Source: an uncultured Muribaculaceae bacterium (GTDB lineage: Bacteria; Bacillota_I; Bacilli_A; RF39; UBA660). Taken from it: a stretch of 24,112 nt of DNA. Shown here piece by piece: positions 1 to 7,913 of this stretch (the first letter of the stretch is position 1; each line of letters starts with the position of its first letter). The DNA lies in NCBI GenBank assembly GCA_964368665.1, contig CAYJCL010000001.1:1-24112 (forward strand), given 5' to 3'. Both the position numbers and the translations under genes were made by a program. Below the pieces are notes generated by a model. That model was not told the origin of the DNA. It saw only the letters and a list, made by a program, of their open reading frames with translations, and did no database searches.

Positions 1-1
1 A

Positions 2-331
2 AAAAAAGAAAAAAATATATTTTTCTCAACAATTATAAGTACAATAATATGCATCATTCTAGTGAATATAATATTCACACCAATATATTTATATATATTA
101 GAAAAAGAAGATAACATATTCATAACATTGACAATATATTTTATTTGTATAATTATTTCTCAATATATAAACTACAAACTTCTACAAATCAAAGAAAATA
201 ATAAAAGAGAATTCATATCATTTATAATGTTCCCAGTATTAATTATAATAATGATTTATCTAACATATTTTCCTCTTCCATATGCAATATTTTATGATTA
301 TTCCCAAAATTGTACAGGATTGTGCACTTAA
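2..331 (+). CDS. 5'-truncated multi-pass membrane protein, DUF6512-like
   Basis: The frame is open from position 2 to TAA at 331, with several hydrophobic helices. The C-terminal LTYFPLPYAIFYD resembles DUF6512-type ends (recollection). Confidence 0.55.
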   Translation, partial: KKEKNIFFSTIISTIICIILVNIIFTPIYLYILEKEDNIFITLTIYFICIIISQYINYKLLQIKENNKREFISFIMFPVLIIIMIYLTYFPLPYAIFYDYSQNCTGLCT

Positions 332-353
332 GAGTTACATTAGTAACTTTTTT
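331..353 (+). terminator. Intrinsic terminator
   Basis: AGAGTTAC-atta-GTAACTTT stem followed by a T run, directly after the stop codon. Confidence 0.6.
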
Positions 354-372
354 AATTACCAAAATAATTATA

Positions 373-401
373 TTGATTTAAATTAAACAATATGATAATA
401 T
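373..401 (+). promoter_or_regulatory. Putative sigma-A promoter of 421..1008
   Basis: TTGATT (373-378), 17 bp spacer, TAATAT (396-401) with TG at 393-394. RBS AGGTGG at 411-416. Confidence 0.45.
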
Positions 402-420
402 TCATATAGTAGGTGGTAAA

Positions 421-1008
421 ATGAAAATTGTAAAAAAAATAATAGTATGGACTTTAGTAACAGTATTTTTCATCTTTGCAATAGGGATGTCAATACTTTT
501 ATTAAATCATAATGAATATGGAATTCCTCAATTTGGAGATACAACACTAGTAGTAATTCATAATCACATTTCTTCAGAAGACTATGAAGAAGGTGATCTT
601 GTAATAGTAAGAGAAAAAAGAATCCAAAACATTGAAGTTGGAGATTCAATATTTGCATATCGTAAATTAGAAGATGATTCTATAGAGATAGATTTAGGAG
701 TAATTGGAGAAGTTTACGAAAATGACGGAGCAATAGCTTATGAAAATGGTAGCCAGTTTACAATGCCATATGTAGTAGGTGAAGCATCTGATTCATATGC
801 AGGTATCGGTACATTCCTAGCTATAATTCAATCAACATGGGTATTCTTATTTGTAATAGTAGTACCTTGTTTCCTAATCTTTATATATCAAATCTATGCA
901 CTAATTGTTGAAATTAGATACGGAAGTGATGATGAAGACGAAGAAGAGGAAGAAGAAGTAAAAGAAAAACCAAAAACTAAAAAAACAAAGAAAACAAAAG
1001 AGAAATAA
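421..1008 (+). CDS. SipW/S26-like signal peptidase homolog lacking catalytic Ser/His motifs (pseudo-peptidase)
   Basis: Same layout as SipW: N-terminal TM, GDLVIV...IEVGDSIFAY core, C-terminal TM with VVPCFLIFIYQI and a charged tail. No GSMxP or THR motif. Confidence 0.65.
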   Translation: MKIVKKIIVWTLVTVFFIFAIGMSILLLNHNEYGIPQFGDTTLVVIHNHISSEDYEEGDLVIVREKRIQNIEVGDSIFAYRKLEDDSIEIDLGVIGEVYENDGAIAYENGSQFTMPYVVGEASDSYAGIGTFLAIIQSTWVFLFVIVVPCFLIFIYQIYALIVEIRYGSDDEDEEEEEEVKEKPKTKKTKKTKEK

Positions 1009-1025
1009 ACAATCTCTTTTCTTTT
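996..1025 (+). terminator. Putative intrinsic terminator overlapping the stop of 421..1008
   Basis: AAAAGAGA (996-1003) pairs with TCTCTTTT (1013-1020), followed by CTTTT. Confidence 0.45.
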
Positions 1026-1065
1026 GAGTTATAAAAAAACACACTCAAAATCGCCAACATTTATA

Positions 1066-1094
1066 TTGTCAAATAATGTCGAGTATGATAAAAT
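1066..1094 (+). promoter_or_regulatory. Sigma-A promoter overlapped by tandem Spo0A-box-like heptamers
   Basis: TTGTCA (1066-1071), 17 bp spacer, TAAAAT (1089-1094) with extended TG at 1086-1087. TGTCAAA-taa-TGTCGAG at 1067-1083. Confidence 0.6.
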
Positions 1095-1131
1095 TAGATA
1101 GTAGGTTATTATATAGAGTAGGAAGAGTAAA

Positions 1132-2253
1132 ATGGAAGAAAAAGATAATAAAGGGTTAAAACAAAAAGTAGTTAATATATTCCTAAACATAACTATATTA
1201 TTTTTAGGTATAATCCTTCTAATAAGTGTATATAATTTCATTCAAACGAGTGTACTTGGTAATCAATATTCAAGTTTCTTTGGATACACATTACTAGAAG
1301 TTAAAACAGGAAGTATGGAACCAAGTATCAGTCCTAAAGACTGGATAGTAGTAAAACAACAACAAAATTACGAGTATGATCAAATCATCTCATTTATAGT
1401 AGAAGACGAAATAATTACTCATAGAATTAAATCAATTATTGGAACCGAAATAGAAACAAAAGGTGATGCTAATCCAAGTAGCGATAAAGAAAGTATTACA
1501 ACTGATCAAGTAATTGGTGAAGTAGTAAATATATGGCCTAGCTTTGGAATAATCAAAAATACAGTTCTTAATCTTCCAGTAATTATATTACTAGTAATCA
1601 CACTTTATATTCTATCAGTAATATTGAAAGGAGAAGAAAAACAAATGTTTAATAAAGTTAAACAAATATTCGCTAAATTCTCCAAAAAAGATAAAGTAGA
1701 TAATGCACTAGATAACTTTGGAAATGATTTTATTGAAGAAGATAAACTAGAAGAAAAAATAAACGTTGAAAAAGAAAGTACAACTAATTATCAAGAACAA
1801 GAAGAAGATTATACAAAGACATTATTTCAACTTGATGAAATTCAAGATGAATTAGAAGACGATAGTCAAGAAGAAAATACAGAACCACAAGAAGAAAAAA
1901 CTCAAGAACAAATAGATGAGGAATTATCAAAAACAACATTCTTTAGAATAATATCTGTAGAAGAAAATGAAAATGATATTAATACAGTAGATTTTGAAGA
2001 AGAAGAAGAAGAATTTGAAGACTTAGAAGAACTTCCTCAAACAAAAGAAGAACCAGTAGAAGAAGAAATCGAAGAAGTAGAAGAAAAAGAAAAAACACTT
2101 GAAGAATCAATTGAAGAAAAAATGGCTCTAGAATCTATTTTCAATAAAGTTGATAATAGAAAAGCTAAAGGTGTTATTGCTAAATTAATGGCAATTAAAG
2201 AAGAAGAAATAATTCAAATGATTACTGCAATATTAAAAGACACTAAAGTTTAA
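1132..2253 (+). CDS. sipW: Signal peptidase I, SipW/ER-type (Ser-His), with a long acidic C-terminal extension; 5' part of an interrupted ORF
   Basis: TM, KTGSMEP (catalytic Ser), IITHRI (His), TKGDAN..D, second TM, then a Glu-rich low-complexity region. Confidence 0.85.
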   Translation: MEEKDNKGLKQKVVNIFLNITILFLGIILLISVYNFIQTSVLGNQYSSFFGYTLLEVKTGSMEPSISPKDWIVVKQQQNYEYDQIISFIVEDEIITHRIKSIIGTEIETKGDANPSSDKESITTDQVIGEVVNIWPSFGIIKNTVLNLPVIILLVITLYILSVILKGEEKQMFNKVKQIFAKFSKKDKVDNALDNFGNDFIEEDKLEEKINVEKESTTNYQEQEEDYTKTLFQLDEIQDELEDDSQEENTEPQEEKTQEQIDEELSKTTFFRIISVEENENDINTVDFEEEEEEFEDLEELPQTKEEPVEEEIEEVEEKEKTLEESIEEKMALESIFNKVDNRKAKGVIAKLMAIKEEEIIQMITAILKDTKV

Positions 2254-2556
2254 TCAAATGAACCGTCAATAAAAAGAGAGTTAATTAAATCTTACATTGA
2301 GTCAAAATACTATAGTATCTTCTCAAAAAGTGTAGCAGAACTAGATAGAAGAACATCAACAGCTAAATTCAAATTCATATTAGACAATAATGCTGATATT
2401 ATTAATGAAAAAAATGGATTTACTAAAAAAACAAAAGAAATATCTAAAAAAATATTAGTTCGTATTGGAAATGCATTAGAAGAAGATAGTGTAATACTAA
2501 GTAAGAAATATACTGGAGCAGATAGACAATACAATGAAAAAATAGAAAAACATGCA

Positions 2557-3354
2557 ATGTTAATGATGCTAATTGCAAGACTAGAATTCCTTGAAACATC
2601 ATCAAAAGATATGAAAGGGAAGAAAAATCTATACGCAAGAGAAATAATTAAATTTGCATCAAACTATGATATTGAAGTAGATAGTATTGATGAATTGTGT
2701 AAACAAATCATCAGTATTCAAAAAGACCACACAAGATTAATTAAATATTTCACTAACAGATTAAAAACAGAAGTATTTGAACTAATCTATAGTGAATTAA
2801 AATCAAAGAAAAATAAATATATAGTTAATATAAAACACAACATAAACTTCTCACAAGTATATAGCGAAGAAATAATTGATAAAGCATATCAAGAAGGAAT
2901 AGTAGCAGAAGATAAATTAAATGTATTAATGGCACTATTACAAGCTAGATTAGGTAAAGATATGTTACAAGGAGATTCAATGAATGAATACCTTATAGCA
3001 ATTCCTGATTCATTATGTGATAAAGAAAAGAAATTACAAAGTTTCTTCCACAGTAACGATAATGAATATGCAAAGAAAAATATAATATACTTAGTTCCTT
3101 ATGATGAATTTATGCAACATGCAAAAATAATCAAAGATCTAAGAAAAATTGGGTATAGAATATCATGTTATATTAATCAAGCAAGTAAACTTACTAGCAA
3201 AAGCAAAACTTCAATTGCATTAGCAGAATATATATTTATTGATAAAAAAATTAAAAACATCGACTTTGAAAACGTTGTTCTAGACAACTTCAAAGACCGT
3301 ATAATAAAAGAAGATCTAGATAAAAAACTTAAAATAGCAGGAGATGGTAAATAA
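2557..3354 (+). CDS. 3' portion of the interrupted ORF; degenerate EAL-like domain
   Basis: Colinear EAL-like segments: EVFELIYSEL, IIDKAYQEGIV, KDLRKIGYRIS, AEYIFIDKK. The EAL and DDFG motifs are absent. Confidence 0.5.
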   Translation: MLMMLIARLEFLETSSKDMKGKKNLYAREIIKFASNYDIEVDSIDELCKQIISIQKDHTRLIKYFTNRLKTEVFELIYSELKSKKNKYIVNIKHNINFSQVYSEEIIDKAYQEGIVAEDKLNVLMALLQARLGKDMLQGDSMNEYLIAIPDSLCDKEKKLQSFFHSNDNEYAKKNIIYLVPYDEFMQHAKIIKDLRKIGYRISCYINQASKLTSKSKTSIALAEYIFIDKKIKNIDFENVVLDNFKDRIIKEDLDKKLKIAGDGK

Positions 3355-4874
3355 TGGATACATTTACAAGATTTATATTTGAATTTCTCGACATATTTGT
3401 AAATGGAATTACAACTATCGGAAAAGGAATTGCAGAAATATTTAATTTCAAAAAATATACCGATTTAGTAGATAATTACAGTAGCAACTTTAATGGTCCA
3501 GAATGGATATTTACTGCTATTGCTATTGGTTTTCTAGTACTATTTGTAGGTTTAATAGCATTTTTAATATTCTTATATATTAGAAGATTCTTTAGAAATA
3601 AAACAGCAAAACTAAGTAATGAATCATTACTTGAAGAACTAGATAAACTTAATCAACAAGTTAGAAGATTAATGAAAGAAAATAGTGAATTAATGGCTAT
3701 GAAAGTTTCTCAATTAGGATTAAATCCTGATGATGAAACCAAAGAAGGTGAAGAAGGAGAAGAAACTCCAGAAGAAGAAGAATCACCTGAATTTGCTCAT
3801 AGATTCCCTAAACTAGAATTAATTGATCAAGAATTTGAAGGTAAATCAGTTCCTAACTATAATAATAACTTTACTTTAGAAGAACTTATTGATAACTTAA
3901 GATGCTTCTCAGCATCAAAATTAAAACTATTCTATGAACCAAGCTTATTAAGAGTATTCGTTTCAGGATTAGCAATAAGTAAATTAATAATCTTACAAGG
4001 TATCTCAGGAACAGGGAAAACATCACTTGCATATGCTTGGGGTAAATTCGTTGCTAACGATTCAATCGTAGCATCAGTTCAACCTTCATGGAAAGATAAA
4101 ACAGAATTCTTTGGATACTTCAATGAGTTTACAAAGAAATTTACAGAAACTGATCCACTTGGAGAAGTTTATGCAGCAAGTTATGATGATAACGTTCATA
4201 CAATCATCCTAGATGAAATGAACATTGCCAGAGTAGAGTACTACTTTGCAGAAATGTTATCAATCCTAGAAATTCCAGCAAGAGATGAATGGATAGTAGA
4301 GCTTGTTACTAGTGGATGGCCAAATGATCCAAAATATATCAAAAATGGTAAAATTCAATTACCAGGAAACCTATGGTATATCGGAACAATCAACAACGAT
4401 GACTCAACATACATGGTAACAGATAAAGTTTACGATAGAGCAATGCCAATAAACATTGATAAAAAAATATTGCCATTTGAATGTCGTGAACAAGAAGCAA
4501 TTAGTACTAACTCAACTTACTTAGAAGGTTTATTTAAAGATGCAATGGAAAATGTAAAAATTTCAGAAGATGCAATGAATAAACTAACAAAAATAGATGA
4601 TTACGTAATTAAACACTTCCGTGTAGCATTCGGTAATCGTATCATGAAACAATTAAAACAATTTGCTCCAGTATATGTTGCATGTGGTGGAGATGAAATG
4701 GAAGCAATCGATTACTTCCTAGCAAGAAAAATATTAAGAAAATTTGAACAATTAAATATCGCATTCATCAGAGATGAATTAGATCCATTTATTGCATTCA
4801 TGAATAAAGAATGTGGTAAAGGAGTTATGAAAGAATGTATCGAATTTATCGAAATTCTTAAGAAATCAATTTAG
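3354..4874 (+). CDS. McrB-family AAA+ NTPase with an N-terminal transmembrane helix and coiled coil
   Basis: Walker A GISGTGKTS, VQPSW, Walker B IILDEMNIARVEYYF, GTINNDD (NxD variant), DKVYDRA, FGNR. TM WIFTAIAIGFLVLFVGLIAFLIFLYI followed by a coiled coil. TAATG overlap with the upstream stop. Confidence 0.85.
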   Translation: MDTFTRFIFEFLDIFVNGITTIGKGIAEIFNFKKYTDLVDNYSSNFNGPEWIFTAIAIGFLVLFVGLIAFLIFLYIRRFFRNKTAKLSNESLLEELDKLNQQVRRLMKENSELMAMKVSQLGLNPDDETKEGEEGEETPEEEESPEFAHRFPKLELIDQEFEGKSVPNYNNNFTLEELIDNLRCFSASKLKLFYEPSLLRVFVSGLAISKLIILQGISGTGKTSLAYAWGKFVANDSIVASVQPSWKDKTEFFGYFNEFTKKFTETDPLGEVYAASYDDNVHTIILDEMNIARVEYYFAEMLSILEIPARDEWIVELVTSGWPNDPKYIKNGKIQLPGNLWYIGTINNDDSTYMVTDKVYDRAMPINIDKKILPFECREQEAISTNSTYLEGLFKDAMENVKISEDAMNKLTKIDDYVIKHFRVAFGNRIMKQLKQFAPVYVACGGDEMEAIDYFLARKILRKFEQLNIAFIRDELDPFIAFMNKECGKGVMKECIEFIEILKKSI

Positions 4875-4888
4875 AAAGGGGTTTATTT

Positions 4889-6031
4889 ATGGCTAACACT
4901 ATCGATCCTAAAATAAACAAAGAAATAGAAAAAAATAATAAAGAGTTCTTTGATAAAATAACGTCATCAATGAACTACAAAAGTAATATTAATGGTGATG
5001 TTCTAAACTTTGAAGGCCTTGATGTTATCTGGGATGCATGTCCCTATATTGATAATGTAGTCAGAAATCCCAAACTAATATTGATTAACAACTCAAATGT
5101 AGAATTAATAGAAAAAGCTAAGAAAGTTACATCAGAAAGTGTAAAAGACTTAGCAAGACATACATATTATATTGATGAATTTGATCCTGCAAACAATGTC
5201 GTAAGACCAAATAAAATATTAAATATTTATTCAGAAGAAACATTTAACATCTATGAAAACAAATTCTTATATACTTTAATTTATTTCATTACAAGATTTG
5301 TACTAAATAAAGAAAAAGAATTAGAAGAACTAGAAATTGATCGATATAGAAAACTAGTTTATTCTGGAGAAACAAGAATAGGTCAAGAAGACTTAGAAAT
5401 AAAACTAATTATTAAAGGAACAGATAGATCAAAAGCAAATGAAGATAAAAAATTAAATGAAGAAATAAAAAAAGCTAAAGAAAGAATATCAAGAATCAAA
5501 GATTATATTTCAGGTTGGTCAAGAAGTGAATTAATTAAAACTCTAGAAAAAGCAAGAGTTAAATTGATAAATCCACCAATCAAAAAAACAAATATAATCC
5601 TAAAGAATCCCAACTTTCAAGTAGCAGTTAACTTATGGAATTATTTATATAATTATGATGAAGATTCAGGAGATGTAAGAAAAAATCTTGATAAAGATGG
5701 AAATAACTTACTAACTGGATTATTAGAACATTCATTCCTAGTAGATTACTTTGTAATGGACTCGGTGTGTAAGACATTAAATGAACAAAAAGAAAAACTA
5801 GGAGAATATGCTTTCTTCCTTATAACAGAAGAAATCAAAAGACTAGTAGATTTACTAAAAAAATGTGGATTAAAAATCACAGATGAAGAAATATTAAAAA
5901 TAATAGCAGAAAACCTTAACAATAGTAAAGGAGAACTAGGAGATAAAAATGCTATAGCTAATCAAGACATCAAAAAGAAATTCCAAACAGCTATGGATGA
6001 TTATCTAGAAAGGGTACAAGATTATCTATGA
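4889..6031 (+). CDS. DUF2357 / McrC-like partner protein, no recognisable PD-(D/E)xK nuclease domain
   Basis: EETFNIYENKFL and TNIILKNPNFQVAVNLWNYL motifs. Lies directly after the McrB-like gene. RBS AAAGGGG. Confidence 0.7.
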   Translation: MANTIDPKINKEIEKNNKEFFDKITSSMNYKSNINGDVLNFEGLDVIWDACPYIDNVVRNPKLILINNSNVELIEKAKKVTSESVKDLARHTYYIDEFDPANNVVRPNKILNIYSEETFNIYENKFLYTLIYFITRFVLNKEKELEELEIDRYRKLVYSGETRIGQEDLEIKLIIKGTDRSKANEDKKLNEEIKKAKERISRIKDYISGWSRSELIKTLEKARVKLINPPIKKTNIILKNPNFQVAVNLWNYLYNYDEDSGDVRKNLDKDGNNLLTGLLEHSFLVDYFVMDSVCKTLNEQKEKLGEYAFFLITEEIKRLVDLLKKCGLKITDEEILKIIAENLNNSKGELGDKNAIANQDIKKKFQTAMDDYLERVQDYL

Positions 6032-6603
6032 AAAACAACAAAACAGTAAAAATTGTAGGCAGAGTAATTAAAATAGTAGTAGCTATAATCTTAGTAGCTT
6101 TCATACTAACTGTTCTACTTCAAAGACTTACAGATAATAATATATCATTTTTCAACTTTAGAATATTCAGCGTAAGAACTGGTTCAATGGAACCAAGATA
6201 CAACGTTAATGATGTATTAATAAGTATGGAAGTAGATCCAGAAGATATTAAAGTAGGAGATGACATAAGTTATCTTGGAGAAGCAGGACAATACAAAGGA
6301 TTAATTATTACCCATGAAGTAATAAAAATAGAAGAAACCGATGAAGGAAAACTATCATTCATTGCTCAAGGTATAGCAAATCCTTATTCAGATCCTGCAG
6401 TAGATGCAGATCAGATCTACGGTAAGATAGTGTACAAATCAGTAATACTATCATTCTTCTACAATATAATAAGTAATCCTGTTGGAATGTATATATGTAT
6501 AATACTACCAATAGTAGGAATACTTGGATATGAAATAATAACAAGAATGTTAGATAAAGAAGAAGAAAGAAGAAGTAAAAAAACAAAAAAACAAGTCAAA
6601 TAA
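6028..6603 (+). CDS. sipW: Signal peptidase I, SipW type
   Basis: SVRTGSMEP, IKVGDDISY, IITHEV, QGIAN..SD, two TMs. ATGA overlap with the upstream gene. Confidence 0.9.
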   Translation: MKNNKTVKIVGRVIKIVVAIILVAFILTVLLQRLTDNNISFFNFRIFSVRTGSMEPRYNVNDVLISMEVDPEDIKVGDDISYLGEAGQYKGLIITHEVIKIEETDEGKLSFIAQGIANPYSDPAVDADQIYGKIVYKSVILSFFYNIISNPVGMYICIILPIVGILGYEIITRMLDKEEERRSKKTKKQVK

Positions 6604-6621
6604 TAAGAAAGGATGATATAA

Positions 6622-7854
6622 ATGAAAACAAGCAAATTAAAAAAACATAAAAAAAGATTATATACAGTCATAATCGTTTTTATAATATTATCATTTATAT
6701 CAGTAACCTATGCATGGTTTACTTTCTCAGGTATTATTGGACTAGGTGCAGAAGTTGATGTAAAGGCATGGTATATTGAATTCAATGATGGAGATACTGC
6801 AGTAAGTAACAATATAACCATTACATCAAAAGATATATATCCAGGAATGGAAACAGTTTATGAAGAAATAACAATTGATAATAAAGGTGATACTAATGCT
6901 ATAATTTCAATAATTATGCACGAAGCAAGAGTATTAAATATAGATCACTTTAGTCTTAGTGATACAACAACATCAGAGAGTATTGAAGATGCTATGGCTC
7001 ATGACTATCCATTTAAAATTAATATAGTTACAGAAGATAATTTAGTAGAACCTCAAACAAAAGGTAAATTTACAATATCAATTTCATGGCCTGCAGATTC
7101 AGGAGATGATATCTTAGATACATATTGGGGTCAAGAAGCATATAAATTCAACCTAGAAGAGCAAGCGAAACTAGATGCAGATCCAGATTATCAAAGAAAA
7201 AATCCAATTGAATTAAGAATAACAGTACTTGCAGAACAAGATGTTAAAGAAGCGAGTAGCTTTGATGAAAATTATCAATTAGGTAAAACTGTATTAATGG
7301 ATGTTGTTAATAATACAAGTTGTTCAGCTATCGGCGGCAACTGTATTAAAACAACAGTAATAGAAAGTAACAATAAAATTGAAAATCAAACAGTAGCATT
7401 AATACCAGATATTAAAGATACATATCAAACATCAACATATGCAAATTATAATGCAACACTACTAAATTATAATACTACATGGTCAGTAAATACAAGAGCT
7501 CTTACTACTCATGATATATTAAATATAATTTCAAAAGATGTAGAAAATACCGTTCTAACATCACCATCAACATCTAATATAATAGTAGGAAATATCACTA
7601 CAGAAACTAGAGCGAACTCAATAATGCAAAAAGCAATATCACTGAATGGACAATTTGAATATTCGAATGCGAAATATAGCTATTTAGATAGTGTAAACTG
7701 TGTGTGGACAACTACTGAATATAATACTGAAAATGCATTTGCAATTGCTAATAATACATCAACAAGTGCAAAACTATATAGCGAAAACAAAAATACCACA
7801 TGTAAAGTAGTACCAGTTATTATAGCGGATAAATCAAACTTACAGACAAACTAA
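6622..7854 (+). CDS. SipW-cognate exported protein: TasA/camelysin-like N-domain plus an extra C-terminal domain
   Basis: Basic N-terminus, hydrophobic helix, TYA|WFT. IYPG...ITIDNKGD motif. C-terminal CVWTTT...AFAI...KVVPVI. RBS AAAGGA. Confidence 0.75.
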   Translation: MKTSKLKKHKKRLYTVIIVFIILSFISVTYAWFTFSGIIGLGAEVDVKAWYIEFNDGDTAVSNNITITSKDIYPGMETVYEEITIDNKGDTNAIISIIMHEARVLNIDHFSLSDTTTSESIEDAMAHDYPFKINIVTEDNLVEPQTKGKFTISISWPADSGDDILDTYWGQEAYKFNLEEQAKLDADPDYQRKNPIELRITVLAEQDVKEASSFDENYQLGKTVLMDVVNNTSCSAIGGNCIKTTVIESNNKIENQTVALIPDIKDTYQTSTYANYNATLLNYNTTWSVNTRALTTHDILNIISKDVENTVLTSPSTSNIIVGNITTETRANSIMQKAISLNGQFEYSNAKYSYLDSVNCVWTTTEYNTENAFAIANNTSTSAKLYSENKNTTCKVVPVIIADKSNLQTN

Positions 7855-7878
7855 AACGAGCAAAAAGTGCTCGTTTTT
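7853..7878 (+). terminator. Intrinsic terminator after 6622..7854
   Basis: AAAACGAGCA (7853-7862) pairs with TGCTCGTTTT (7868-7877). Confidence 0.8.
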
Positions 7879-7883
7879 CAATG

Positions 7884-7912
7884 ATAAAAGAAGTGTTAAC
7901 CACTTCTTTTAT
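7884..7912 (-). terminator. Intrinsic terminator after 7914..8519 (symmetric)
   Basis: ATAAAAGAAGTG-ttaac-CACTTCTTTTAT, perfect 12-bp arms. Confidence 0.8.
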
Positions 7913-7913
7913 A

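Larger units (their letters stand above)
1132..3354 (+). pseudogene. Single 741-codon frame (SipW - acidic linker - helical region - degenerate EAL-like domain) interrupted by one TAA at 2251-2253
   Basis: Hand translation of 2254-2556 is open and in frame with both flanking ORFs (SNEPSIKRELIKSYIESKYY...EKHA then MLMMLIAR). There is no RBS before 2557. Confidence 0.7.

Noticed and set aside
2251..2253. Alternative genetic code or Sec/Pyl recoding
   Set aside because: The stop is TAA, which ends most genes here. TGA and TAG are also used as stops, and this is a single event.
3354..6031. Conventional McrBC type IV restriction system
   Set aside because: No DNA-binding N-domain (a TM instead), no visible nuclease motif, and the genes are coupled to signal peptidases. 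A defence role is not excluded, but the standard call is unsupported.
7690..7854. Diversity-generating retroelement target
   Set aside because: The C-terminus is CLec-like, but I saw no template repeat or reverse transcriptase in the window.
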